Part shown: positions 1-13,834 of the stretch, piece after piece
Numbering within the stretch: position 1 is the stretch's first letter
How the letters are laid out: every line of letters starts with the position of its first letter
Assembly (NCBI RefSeq): GCF_009914755.1
Contig: NC_060927.1
DNA from: the human T2T-CHM13v2.0 reference genome, Homo sapiens
Length of the DNA stretch: 64,000 nt
Reading direction: 5' to 3' (one strand)
Notes under the pieces: generated by a model
What the model was told of the DNA's origin: nothing
Seen by the model: the letters and a program-made list of their open reading frames with translations, nothing else
Database searches by the model: none
Position numbers and translations under genes: made by a program

Positions 1-99
1 ATTTATTGACAAGATAAGAAACAGAATGATATCTGAAACAATACCGCTTGCGTAAATTAAAATGTACTCAAATCAGTGTACAATTTCCTAAGCTAATTA

Positions 100-870
100 T
101 AAACTAAAATACCAGAGGACTTTCTGTACATTGAAATACCAAAGACTGTCAATACCTAAGACAGTCCAGAAGAAGAACAAAATTTGAGGATTTATGCTGT
201 CACACTAACAAAACTTTAGAAACTAAACCTACAGTAATTCAACCAAAGAGGTATGAATGCAAGGCTGTACAATTTCAATAGAACAGGTTCCACAAACAGG
301 CCCACACTTTATGGTCACCTGATTTATCACAAGTTGCTATAGTGAAAAAAATGGCAGTTTAGACTATCAATTAATGATGATGTATTAACTTAAAGCTTAC
401 ATGGAAGAAAATAAACCGTGGCCTAAAAGTTGGCCCATGAGATACTTAAAACTCAATTCCAGATGGATTGCAGACCTAAACGAAAGAAAAAACAATAAAG
501 TTTCTAGAAGAAAACATTGCAGAATATCATTATGACCTTGGAATAGCAAATATTTCTTGAGGAGGACATGGACTGTAATAACAATAAAGGAAAGAGAAAT
601 TTACTAAAATGAGGAACTTTTATTCATCAAAAGACAGCAGTAACAGAATAAAAAGGGAAGCTGAAGAATGGGAGAAGATATTTGCATCACATATATTTGA
701 AAAAGAAAGAATATCCCGAATGTATTAAAACTCCTAAAAATAAGTAAGAAAAAGACATATACTTCAGTTTTTAAAATGAGGAAAACGATCAGGCACTTTT
801 CAAGTGGCTGATATCCAAATGGCCACTTGCCATTATCCAAATGGCATATCCAAATGGCCAACAGTTTGAT
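100..870 (+). mobile_element. Old L1M fragment (3' part of ORF2), highly degenerate
   Basis: A-rich sequence with degenerate L1 ORF2 landmarks (aagaagaacaaa, ggtcacctgattt, agatggattgcagacctaaa, gaatgggagaagatatttgca). Confidence 0.75.
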
Positions 871-1995
871 CATTTACTTCTTGTACACCTCTTCCCTCCT
901 CAGTCTTTTATCTAAGTTAGTAAATGACATCATCATCTACTCTATTGCTCATAGTAAAATAATTTAATAAATTATAGTGAGAATGATATGATTAGTATCA
1001 AGATAAGTAATTGAGATTAGCAGAAATAGCACCCAAGATGCCAAAATAATTAAAAGGAAATATGAATAGGTAACTCAAGAAAAGTTTTGAAGGCATTACT
1101 TAGAAGATTTTCTTTTCTTTTATTCTGCTTCTCTATATTTCAATAATGCTGGAGAAATCTTTAGCAATTCATAAGTTTTACTTGTCAACTTAAGGAAGAA
1201 GATGCCATCTAGGAATTTCATAGCTAGAGAAGTCAGTGCCTGGCTTCAAATCTTCAAAGGACAGACTGATTCTCATTAGGAGCTAATGTAGCTGGTGACT
1301 TTAAGTTGAGGCTAATGCTCATTTGTCATTCCAAAAATCCTAGGGCCCTTAAGAAGTATGCTAAATCTTTTCTGCCTGTACTCTATAAATGGAACAACAA
1401 AGCCTAGATGTAGTACATCTGTTTACAGTATGGTTTACTGAATATTTTAAGCCCACTGTTGAGACCTAGTGCTCAGAATAAAAGATTCCTTTCAAAATAT
1501 TACTGCTCATTCATTGACAGTATACCTTGTTACCCAAGAGCTCTGATGGAGATATGCAAGGATATTAATGCAGTTCTCATGCCTGCTAACACAACATCTA
1601 TTCTGTAGCCCATAGATGAGGTGTAATTTCAACTTTCAAGTCTTATTATTGAAGAAATATATTTTGTAAAGCTATAGCTGCCATAGATAGTGATTTCTTT
1701 GATGGACCTGGATGAATTAAGTTGAAAACACTCTGGAAAAATTTTGGCATTCTAGATGCCATTAAGAATATGTGTGATTCCTGGGAGGAGGTCCAAATAT
1801 CAACATTAACAGGAGTTTGGAAGAAGTTGACTTTAATCCTCATGGATGACTGAGGGGTTCCAAACTTAAATGAAGGAAGTCAGTGCAGATCTGGTGGAGA
1901 TAGCAAAAGAATTAGAATTAGAAGTGGAGCCTGAAGATGTGACTGAATTGCTGCAATTTTATGATAAAACTTTAACATATAAGAAGTTGCTTCTT

Positions 1996-2294
1996 TATTT
2001 TATTTTATTTATTTATTTATTGAGATAGGGCCTCACTCTGTTGCACAGGCTGGAGTGCGGTGGCATGATCACAGCTCATTGGAGCCTTGACCTCCTGGGC
2101 CCAAGAGATCCTCCAACCTCAGCCTCCCATGCACGGGCATGCACCACCACACCCGGCTAATTCTTTTTTATATTTGTAGAGATGAGGTCTCGCTATATTG
2201 CTTAGGCTGGTCTCAAACTCCTGGGCTCAAGCAATCCTCCTGCCTCAGCCTCCCAAAGTGTTGGGATTACAGGTGTTAGCCACCATACCCAGCC
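1996..2294 (-). mobile_element. AluJ-type element inside Tigger1
   Basis: Antisense Alu dimer with (TTTA)n tail and J-type diagnostics; TSD agaagttgcttctt (1982-1995) / aggagttgcttctt (2295-2308). Confidence 0.92.
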
Positions 2295-2716
2295 AGGAGT
2301 TGCTTCTTATGAATGAGTGAAGTGGTTTCTTGAGATGGAATCTACTCATGGTGAAGATGTTGTGAACATTGTTGAAATGACAACAAAGGATTTAGAATAT
2401 TACATGAACTTAGTTTATAAAGCAGTGGCAGGGTTTGAAAGGCTTGACTCCAATTTCAAAAGAAGTTCTACTGTGGGTAAAATGCTATCAAACTGTACCG
2501 TATGGTACAAAGAAATCACTCATGAAAGGAATAGTCCAATTGATGTCACAAACTTCATTGTTGTTTTATTTTCAGAAATTGCTGCAGCCACCCCAGCCTT
2601 CAGCAGCCACCACCCTGATTAGTCAGCAGCCATCAACATCAAAGCAAAACCCTTCACCAACAAAGAGATTATAACATACTGCAGACTCAGATGATTGTTA
2701 ACATTTTGTAGCAATA

Positions 2717-2718
<2 letters not shown>

Positions 2719-2753
<35 letters not shown>

Positions 2754-3029
2754 TGAAGTCTCGCTCTTGCCGCCCAGGCTGGAGTGCAATGACACGATCT
2801 CAGCTTACTGAGATCCATCTCCCTGGTTCAAGCGATTCTCCTGCCTCAGCCTCCCGAGTAGCTGGGATTACAGGCATGTGCCACCCTGCCTGGCTAATTT
2901 TGTATTTTTAGTAGAGATGGGGTTTCTCCATGTTGGTCAGGCTGGTCTCGAACTCCCTACCTCAGGTGATCTGCCTGCCTCAGCTTCCCAAAGTACTGGG
3001 ATTACAGGCGTGAGCCACTGCGCCCGGCC
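2719..3029 (-). mobile_element. AluSp-like element inside Tigger1
   Basis: T32 tail then a full antisense Alu with Sp-type motifs (gagtgcaat, tttctccatgttggtcagg); Tigger1 resumes at 3030. Confidence 0.92.
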
Positions 3030-3369
3030 AATAAAATATTTTTAATTAAGATATGTATGTTGTTTTTAGACATACATAAGTCTATTAATGCACACTTAAT
3101 AGACTACAGTATAATGTAAACATGACTTTTATATCCACTGGAAAACAAAAATTTCATATGACTCACTTTACTGAGATAGTAACTTTATTGTAGTGGTTTG
3201 GAAGTGGTCTGAGGTATGCCTGTATCATAACTCAGTTTCAGGGGATTCATTGACCCTTTCAATATCGTATAGAGAGTCCATAAAATTCCAATTAAAAATA
3301 TACATGTTAAAATATCCTGAGGGAAATATAGTGGCCCTTGTCTCCTTTCGCAGATTCATGTATAAGTAG

Positions 3370-3410
3370 ACACACACACACACACACACACACACATGTG
3401 CACACACACA
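3370..3410. repeat. (CA)n microsatellite, interrupted
   Basis: Read directly from the sequence. Confidence 0.95.
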
Positions 3411-3759
3411 AATATATAACCAAGCAACCTGCAAAGAAGGCATGGGATAAACATCATTAACAGCTGCCATTTCTGATTGCTTTCTCTGTGATAGACACTG
3501 TGTATGCATTATCTGGTGAAATCTTTGACAGTCATGCAACTTGGGTACAGTTATATTCACCAGCTGTACAAAGTATGTGTTTCCTTTGTCAGGAATAAGC
3601 TGAACTCTAATGTATGAGTCAACTTGCCTTCAGTAGCCCATGGGGGCAGGGAAGAATGTGTTTGTGGGAGCACGGGGGGCATGGTGGGAGTAGGAGCTGA
3701 AACATACCTACCTGACCATGACAAATGAGATTCAATATAGTGATTCTCCCTGCCTCCAC

Positions 3760-4358
3760 TTGTATCCTCTTATGACCTCAAGGCTACAGGAGTAATCTTT
3801 GTAAAATATAAATCAAACTGTCTCATTTTGCTGCTTGAAATAGATCCCCATGGGCTGGTAGTAACATCCAGACTTTTTATCATAACTTTCAAGGTTCTAA
3901 GCCTTCCTTTCCCAGCCTGCCTTTCAAAGTCATCTGATGCCATCTTGCCTCCAGCATTACACTCCAGCAAACTGGCCTGCTTTCCCTTCCTTAGGGAGGC
4001 AGGCTCCACCCACCTCACTCCCTCCCTCCCCTCCTCCCCACCTCTGCTGCCTCAGGGCCTTTGCATTTGATCTTCTTTCTTCCTGTTGTGCTACTCCTCT
4101 GCCCTTACCTGACAGTCTGCTCTGGAGTTTGCCCTCTCCCAGTTATCCTCTGTTATATCACCTTGTTTGTCTTTTTTCATGGCATTTAGCAGGATCTAAT
4201 ATTATTTTAATTTGTATATTTTCTTGCTCATGATTAGTTTCTCCTACCAAAACCTATTTTATGAAACCTTTGTCTTGTTCTATACTATAGCCCCAGTGCC
4301 TAGGTCAGAGCCTAATGCAGAGTCAACATTTAATATATATTCAATGAATGAATGAACA
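3760..4358 (+). mobile_element. L2 LINE 3' fragment
   Basis: cagggcctttgca and ccccagtgcctag motifs; terminal (TGAA)n. Confidence 0.75.
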
Positions 4359-5452
4359 AATGTCAATAAGTTTACTTTGGTGCCTGGAACTAATGTTAAG
4401 TTTTAAGAAAATGAAGAAAGTCCTGAAGACAGCGGCCTCTATGGCCAGTAAGTAGAGTCTAAAATGAGAAGCAAAAAACAATTTAGGATTATATCTGTTA
4501 GACATAGCAAAGCCAAAAAAAGTATCAATACTAGGATTTGAAAGAACAAATTGAAAGAACGGCTAAATTGAATAACAACATTTTTCACTTCCCCTAAGTT
4601 CAGGAAAAGAGATTTTCAAAAGCAACATGAGGAATTTAAGCTGAATAATAGGGGAAAAATAAAGATTGCAATCTGAGTAATATTTCTCCAGGTGGTTTGA
4701 TATAGTAAGTAGGGTTAAAATAAAAGATCTGCCTTCAAATCTCAGCTAATGTGCCCATTTTCTACATCTAATTTCCATGAACTATTGAGTTACGTCTACT
4801 TGAACCTCTTGGCACTGGGCAATTTCTTGTGTAATTAAGCTGTGCTATATCCATGAGATTCGACTTCATGATTCCTTCCTTAGATAAAAACAAGCCTGAC
4901 TAGATCTTTCGAATGAAGTTTTTGATTTGCAAACATCTCTTGATGCCTATGTGACTATATTACGATTTAATTCAATTCAAGAATGTACTGAAAAGGGAGC
5001 TATTCCAAGAAGAGACTTATTTTAAATTTAGTCCCCATTTCAGTCTGAAATAAAATTGGGCTGCTTAGAAGCAATTTTCTTGAAAATGATTTATTGAATA
5101 TTAATAATTTTTTAAATCATATCTGACAGCCCAGATACTTAATTCTTCAAAAGTAGCCTGTGTGTAGGTGTGCATCTGCTAGCCGAGTCCTGCATAATAA
5201 CAGAACATAATTAATTCTTCACTTTTCTGAGATAATTGTTCTTAGAAAATTGCATACTAAAGGACTCACATGTCATTTTACCATGTCAGCTTTCCTTGTT
5301 ATCTCAGGCCCAACAAGTGTTTTGTCAGTTGTGTACTTTAAAATACTCTCCCTCAGGAAGCAAAAACACTTCCATGAAATATCTTGCAGTGAACTGTTTT
5401 ACACTTTTATGCTGCTTAAGAAAATGTTAGATAGGAAAAGCTCATTAAATAA

Positions 5453-5680
<228 letters not shown>

Positions 5681-6224
5681 TGAAACTTTCCTCCTACTGA
5701 TGTCTTTCAGTAGATTCAGAAGTGATTGTGGCAAACATAGTATCTTGAAGGAAGAGATCGTGTTTTGATTAGCATCTCCCGAGCCTAGTTTTGTGTTTAT
5801 GTTCATGGTATTGAGGAAATAAAGATCAATTTGGACTTCTTGCACCTGTTAATACATCCTAGTTCCTGACTGCAGCAAAATGACTCTCAGTGCCCCTTCT
5901 CTTCTTAGTGATTGCCTAAGATGACAGCTTCATTCCCTTTATTATTATCCACCTTCTTCCCATCTTCATTGTTTTCTCAGTGAGGACTGGACTCTACTGG
6001 ACTCCACTGGAGTCCAAGGTCATGTTCCCTTGTAACCCTGAAGTTCTAGACTCCTACCTCAGAAAAATGAAAGCTTGATACTCCATAAATCAAAGGAAAG
6101 TAGTTACTTTCACCCTTTCTCAAATTATATTTAATTTTTTTTTAATTCTTATTTTAGGATAGAACTAGTGTGGGACATTGCAAAAGGGCCATCCTGGGAA
6201 TCCTGTTAAGTTTGGAGGTAATTC

Positions 6225-6680
6225 AGAATGAGGACATTGATTGTAAACAATAGACATTCAACTCAAATATAGCATTAAAAGAAGGGGAGATTTAATGTAA
6301 GAATTCCAAGTATCTAATGGGATCAAATAAAACACATGCACACATACCACAAGTACCCGCTGGATCTCAGGAACTCTTACAGTCAGGCTCTCAAACTCTA
6401 AACATTATCTCTCTGTTTCTTACTTTTCCTTTTCTCTGCATTTCCTCTTCATTCTTCTCTCCTTCAGTAGACTTGCCATCTTATTTCCTGCATCCAAATG
6501 GCAGAAATATGGTCTCAGACATCAGCTCTTCAATTTAAATAGGAGCAGAGTAAGGTGGACTTTCTTAGTTGATTCTAGATTCTTGTGTAAAGACTCTGAG
6601 TGGTTCAGATTTAAGTCACATGCCCATCCAGCTTTCACTAATTATTGTGAATGGCAGAGTGATCGGGGGCTTCAAGGATG
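6225..6680 (-). mobile_element. Ancient MLT1-type MaLR LTR remnant
   Basis: Degenerate motifs (ttgtaaacaatagacattcaactcaa; tctgagtggttcagatttaagtcacatgccc). Confidence 0.5.
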
Positions 6681-7599
6681 AAGAGAGATCACCCTGTAGT
6701 AGCATGGTGGTTTCCATGGAATCCCTGAGGGCTGAAGAGTTGAGATAAGAGACAAGAACGAGAAAGAGGGTGGGTAGGCAGAGGTAGCTGCTGGACACAT
6801 AAAGCAAAGATAGAAATTGTATGAATTGTGGGTCTCCTTTGTGCTGTGGCATTATAGTTTGTCTCCATGCAATCATATCTCAGCAACATTTTCACAGAAA
6901 CCCAATCCCTTATAAAAAATATATTAAAATAAAAACATATTAAATAGGGAGCACATAAAAAGCTTTAAAATATGCTGCAGTGGCTCATGCTTCATCTTTT
7001 CTGGGTTCTCTCCTGTGTGGCCTCTTGTTAGTCAAAGAGCACGACATATACCCTGCAAAGAGATCAACCACATTTTTAGTGGCATCTGGATATTTCAACT
7101 TACGTTTGCAAGTTGAACAGTAAGCAGTTAGATTTTTAAGTTTGTTTATGGGGAAGGGGAGTTTAGTTGGGCTGGGAAAGGGAGAGAAAGAAAAGGCCAC
7201 CTGCCATACCATGAACAAGACAAAAAAGTTTTTCTTTCTTTTCTTCCTTGGTTGCTTCCATCCTGAAGAGAACAGCAGATGTTCAGCCTTAAATAAAGTG
7301 TTAAATTTGCATATGCACACACATACCCACAAACAGGCATGGCTCCATTTACATGTATTCCTTGAGAATGAAAAACAACCTACTGCTATATCCACCAGGA
7401 ATCCGCATACCTGCTCTACGGTTACTTGGCAGGAAGAGGGGGATGTGGAGCAAGGGTCGTCCATTCCATGCTACATTCTGGATAGTTGTTTAGGCCTATG
7501 AAGTGCAGTGTTTGCCCTCTGTAGAGTTCTTCTGCAGGCTGGGTTAACAAAGCCACACACTCACGACAAAGGCTCCATGAAAAGAGGATGATGTACATA

Positions 7600-7831
7600 C
7601 TGTTGATAGTATAGTAGCTCCTAGGAGCCAAGCTGCATGCTAAGCACTTTACAAACATTAACTTATTCTCACAACAACTTTAGAAATAAGTTGTATAAGT
7701 TTATGCTCTAGATAAGGAGACTAATTAAGGATGAAAGAGGAAAGAAAAACTGGTCCAGAATCCTTTAGCAAGTAAGCAAGGGAGATCAATTACTGGAATT
7801 TAAGTCCCAAACCACCTGACTTCAAAACCCA
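7600..7831 (-). mobile_element. MIR SINE
   Basis: tgctaagcactttaca...ttattctcacaacaac...agataaggagact...ctgacttcaaaaccc. Confidence 0.7.
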
Positions 7832-8262
7832 GTTGAAACTTAGTATAAGTTTATCCATCAAAACAAAGTTATTGATTCATGGTCAGTTGCCTAATCCTGT
7901 GATTACTGAATGCCAGCTAAGTTAATGGAGCATTCATAGGAAACATGTTTCCATGGGAGAATCAGCTTCATGAGCCAAATACGTAAGTAAAAAATGAAGC
8001 ACAGCACTTTTTGATAATTTATTAAGCTGTACACTTTTGACTTATGCACTTTTTTCTGTATGCTATACTTCAATTAGAAAGTTTTTTAAAAATGAATTAT
8101 AAGAATTCTACCAAGTTACAAGTGAATAATTCAGTTGTGCACATATGATTTCCTTGAGAACAGTTACTGTATTTTAATTCATTTTTGCAATTCTTTTTTT
8201 AATGGGATTGCTGGTACAAAGTATGTGCTTGATGAAAGCTTATTGGAATTTAATCACTTCAT

Positions 8263-8264
<2 letters not shown>

Positions 8265-8310
<46 letters not shown>
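8265..8310. repeat. (GT)23 perfect microsatellite
   Basis: Read directly from the sequence. Confidence 0.97.
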
Positions 8311-8312
<2 letters not shown>

Positions 8313-8384
8313 ATGTCCACAGAATAACAGAATGTTAGAACACAAAGGCACTTTATATACCATCCAGTAAAGCTTTTTCTTTGG

Positions 8385-8742
8385 TGATATGGTCTGGCTC
8401 TGTGTCTCCACCCAAATCTCATCTTGTAGTTCTCATAATTCCCACTGTTGTGGGAGGGACCAAGTGGGAGATAATGAATCATGTGGGCAGGTCTTTCCTG
8501 TGCTGTTCTTATGATAGTGAATTAGTCTCATGAGACCTGATTGTTTTATAAGGAGTTTCCTGCACAAGCTCTTTTTACCTGCTGCCATCCATGTAAGATG
8601 TGACTTGCTCCTCCTTGCCTTCCACCATGATTGTGAGGCCTCCCCAGCCATGTGGGACTGTAAGTCCGTTAAACCTCTTTCTTTTGTAAGTTGCCCAGTC
8701 TCAGGTATGTCTTTTTCAGCAGCATGAAAATGGACTAATACA
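8385..8742 (+). mobile_element. THE1A-like MaLR solo LTR
   Basis: TGATATGG...GACTAATACA termini; imperfect 5-bp TSD tttgg/attgg. Confidence 0.93.
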
Positions 8743-11700
8743 ATTGGATAACAAGTGGCATAAAAATTCAGTCACTGATTAGATATATAATATAAGTGAA
8801 TTACATACCTACGTTAATCAGAATATCTCCTTTGCAGAGAGGACATTCACATTTGGGTAAATCTCCCATGGGCATCAAGCATGTGTTTCAAATAAGATTT
8901 AGTCAAATAAACAAAATACATCTCATCTTTTTTTACTTTCTATTGTCAACTGAATATTTAGTAGCATACCTACTTGCTACATAGAGGTAAGAATGTCAAT
9001 GTTATTAAGTATTATGAGCAAGGTAATTTGTTTATATTACCTTATTTAATTTAACTTTTAATCCTTGCATTGTTTCTGGGAGTTCGGATTATTTTTTGGC
9101 TTCCCAAACAAGGGAACTGAATATCCAAGTAGTTTACTGCCTGAGATTACAAAATTAGTGAAAGAATCAAACAGAATAAAATCAAGTCAAACTCATGGTC
9201 TTCTGCATACAAGCCTAATACATTTGTCCACTAACATAATCTGCCACAAATCAGAGAGAAATGGGTTAGTCTTCTTCTGATTTATAGCATAAGCTATACT
9301 GAATTTCTGGAATAACATTCAGTTTAATTTTCTTTAACTTAATTCTATTGCTTGTCATATCTCATCAGAAACCGACTGGAACTAAACATTTTAGGAAAGA
9401 CATCTGATTAACAAGAGGACAAGTAAGGTGACAAAATATCCATACCTTGGCCATTTGACTTGCCTGCTCCCCTTGTATTTGTGCTCTTATTTGCTTGTAA
9501 ATCCATCCATTTATTAAATAACCCTATGGTCACAGACTGGCTCTGGGAGAATTTCTTCCAACTCAAGTATATGTTTTTCAGTCTGCTATTTACATTATTG
9601 TTCTTCATCCTTCCCTTGCTCCATCTTTAAGAGTAAATTTGTGAAATCACCACTCCACTATCATTTCAAATGTAAAAAACAGTATTTTACTTTCTTCCCA
9701 GACTGTTTCATTCTTGTAAGAAGATGCAGGTCTTCTTATTAGTGGAAATAAATGAAAATCTCTTTGGAGTGTGAATGTATCATATTTGCCAACCAGTAAC
9801 ACATTCTGAGAACTTCTTGTATACACACACAAACTGATGCACACACATACATTTATGTAGAGGGATTGAGAACATAAGTGAAAGAAGCAATGTCTTTAAT
9901 TTAGATTTTCATTCACATTTTTCCGTCAACCTGCAAATATTTTACCTGTGGATATGGATATGTTAGGACTTTTTAAAACGTAATTCTATTATGCTTTCTG
10001 TCCAAGAATTATGCTTTTTGTCCAGGATTTTAAGAATAATCCTGAAGGTTTTATCATGGTAAATATTTCACTGTTTGAGGCTGTGCCAGGATAATAACAT
10101 TTCACAGGTCATCCTTAGGCATGTGGGGCATTTCTTCTGTTGGCCCTCTAAATCCCAAACCAGTTATCCCTTTAATCCCAGTTCTCAAACTCAACTGTTA
10201 GATTTAGTGCATGGTATGATTAAAACTGTCTACATGAGCTAAGTTGATGGAAATTAAATTTAAATTTAAAACAAATTGCAAAATCCCAGGATAAACATAT
10301 TTAATAGTGCTTTTCCCACAAAATTCCCCAAAAGGGTGTAGACAGCAGAGAGGATGACATATGGTGGAGGCAGTCTGCTTACAGCGCAGCACAGACTGTG
10401 CTCAGCAGGCAGATCTGGAGGCCTCCAGTTTGATCAGATTCAAGGCATCTATTTGCTCACCATTTAAACCCAGCATGCCAGGATGCCAAAAGAGCGGCAG
10501 CTTTGAGTGGAGGAAACAGCAGCCAAGTCATTAGAAATACAAAGCAAGCTAAATTTCAAATTAAGGGGAAAACTGAAGTACCTCGAAATTATGAATGTGA
10601 AGGCCAGCATGTGGTGATGACAACTCTGTAAGGGTCAGGGGACCCAGGAAGATGCATTTCTGTCAAATGAATTGGGATTCAAAGGGTTTGGTTTCCAGGT
10701 CATTGAAGAAAATAATTAAGGAAAATTCTGATATGAATGTATACAACATACTAAACATTTAATGATGTAATTCCACTTGTATTTTCCACTGTTAAGATTA
10801 ATGTCTTTGAAAGCGGAACATATGATGACTGATTCGTGTGACTGCATTTTGCCAGCATTCATAAACAGTCCCGAGTCTGATTATTGCTAATGAAGCATAT
10901 TTATATCCTAGGTTATACAGTTTACATTTTCCTTTGAGGCTAATATTCAGTCTTCCATCTTGATAGTACAAAATGTTAGCATCATATATAGAGAACAACG
11001 AAATAGGATTCTATCAAAAAGAGCAATGAAGAGGATCCAGAAATCCTGACTATTAGACTCAATACACATACAACTAAGGCCAGAATTGTTCCTCCAAAGA
11101 ATCTAAAGCTTTGAGTTTCCTGCAACCCCCAAAGAAACAACTAAACAAGCACAGTTTGATCCAAAAGATTGGAAGCTTAAAGGGCCAGAATTGCACAAAT
11201 TTTTGTAAATATTCATTGAGGCATCATCCTTCCAATGGGGTCACTTGTCTATATTTTGCTAAATGAAAATAATAGTCTTAAGGGAGAGAAAAGCTTGTCC
11301 TGAAAAGAGGCTTCATGTGTATAACTGAATGATGACTTTGTACAGAATCTATAAATAACTAAATTAAGTAGTTCTGTCTATTCAGAAGTTATGCCCATTC
11401 TAAGTGAATTTGCCTTGTTCACTGTTCACGTTTTTACAAAGAGAAGCTCCTCATATCCCTGTGATTTTTCCCAAATTTGGAAATGCTGACTTTGTAACCA
11501 GGTTGCCATGTGATAACTCTAAATGCTTGTCCAAATAGTACAATTTCAGGAAAAGAACCATTGATTCACCCTTCTTCCCACAAATCTTGTCCCTAATTTC
11601 CTCACTGTTTATTTCAAAAGGTTAAGAAAATGTCTATCCTATGATGAAAGCTCAGGCTCAAAATATAAACTCACTTTAAAAATTAATATAAAATACACGA

Positions 11701-13834
11701 GACTGTGTAAATAACTGGAGAATAATTTCTCCCCCATGGAAAACATGCTCCACAAGGAAACATTCTTGAGAAAGAGACCGAGGGAAGGAAACTAGAGATT
11801 TATCAGGCATATTTTATTTATGACATAATTCTTGTTCTGGGAAATTCCTTCTTTAGGAGAACTATTATTGAGGGAGCAAAAATGTCAAATCAGATGTGTT
11901 TCATTCTAAATTTCAGTGGCTTGTAATCCCATTACGAATTCTCTCAAAGACTTGTTTTTAGTCAATATATAACTAGCCAGTAACATCTTCCTTCTGATGC
12001 TCCACGCACCAATTTTGAGTACAATACTGTAGTATAAGAAGATTGGCCATACGTCTACTACCTGTGAGAATATCTTCCTCACCTGAAAATGACTATTTGG
12101 TAAAAGTGCTAATTCTATGATGAATAATTCTTCAATCTTAAGTTTCGAAGATTTCTTTAAGTAAAACAATTATGCATTTAGTCATGTGGAGGATGCATAT
12201 CACCCCACTATCATGACCCTCTATTAGCCCTCTTCTTCTTTTGTGGCTAATTGAGCTTAACCGAGGCAATATATTTCAAATCAGCAAAGTAGTTTATTTC
12301 AGTTTGCTGGTTCAAACACTATCTTCAACAGACAAGGAGGTTCAACTTTTTTGTTGCAGTGTATAATTGACAATGGGCTTCCTAGGCAGCAAATTAGGCA
12401 TTTCGCATTAACGCTAAAGTGCCACAGGGAGTTGTGATGCGCAAACTTCTTGCACTAAAGTGAGCATCTTTCTTAACCGACCTGGTTTGAAACCTAAATA
12501 CTCGGTGGGTATCCTGAAAATCTTATGAAACCGTCTATTGTGTTTCTTTACAATTACACAGTAGCTGACTTTACAAGCTAAGTAGGAGCCATTGTACCCT
12601 AATCAGAAGCGGGTCACTGGGGGGCATGGGATCTCAGCTTAATATAATGAATTTAAACAGTGTAAATTCTTTTCACACAGATTACCCTGCTGAATTCCCA
12701 AATCATTGATTTGGGGCATAGCTTCTTAAGCTTGAAATCTTTAAAACTCTTACATCATTGCTGAGAGATTTGTAGTCAGTTTTCTTCACATAATAGTGTG
12801 TATTTTTCTCCTTTTTCCTTCTAGAATGATATGAGCCACGTATTAGTAAATAACCCTCTTTCCCTCAAAATCATCCTGCATTTTCCAAGCTTTTAAATAG
12901 GTATCAAGAAACTTCTTTGGATTTTCTTTCAATTTCAAAGCCTTGTAGTTTAGGTAATTGCATCCAAAGATAACCATTCTTGAGTTGATTTGTATATATT
13001 GTCAATGTCTTATTGACTGTATTCACACCCATGAACAGTTTTACTTTATTTAAGTAAAGCATATGAAGGGACTGAGAAAGAAAAATATGGAATGCCTGGC
13101 CATTTCTTTATATAAAGTATTCTTCCTAGTGTTGTGCAAAGAAAAGTGTGTTTTGTGGCATGGCATGATAGCCCTTTTGCTGGGAGAAGAATTTTAGGAA
13201 AACTGTTATTTAAGTATATGGCCTATTTATTAAGACATTGTACATATTTATTGAGCAAGTGGGACGGACCCATGCATGTGAATGTTGAGATAATCATCAC
13301 CCAGCTAAATGACTGATGTAAAATATCATAATGCTCCATTCCCAACATGAATTCAATTCAAAGAAAACTTTTATTCATAATCAATATATCAATAAAGTAT
13401 AATTAATATTTATAAACAAGAATTACTCTTGATGCCAGACATTGGACCGAGAACTTAACAATGAATGTGAGGATTTTTTTGGTTTTCTTTTTTTTTTTTT
13501 AACTGTAATTTCTATGTGAGAATTCCGTGTGGAAGGGGACCCTGAAGTTGAAGGGATATGAGGCTTACACTGCCCAACAGGCTCCAAATGCTTTCTCTCT
13601 GGAGAAATGAGAGACCTGGAAGGCATGACACTATCACCTCTAGCATGACACTAAGACCTCTAACAGGAATGCTTGGAATTATGGCCAGGTGGAAGCAACA
13701 AACAAGGAATCCAGAAAGAGTTTCAGTGAGAGAATTAAGAGAGATGCATGATTATTATTGCTAATAAAATTAAAAAGGAAGGTTAATCTTAAGATGTCTT
13801 ACTATGAGTTATCAAATACATCTTCTTCTTTAAA

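Larger units (their letters stand above)
1194..3222 (+). mobile_element. Tigger1 DNA transposon, 5'-truncated, interrupted by two Alus
   Basis: Degenerate pogo-type transposase sequence (ORF 2317..2622 is its C-terminal remnant); ends in terminal GAGGTATGCCTG followed by TA at 3223-3224. Confidence 0.93.
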
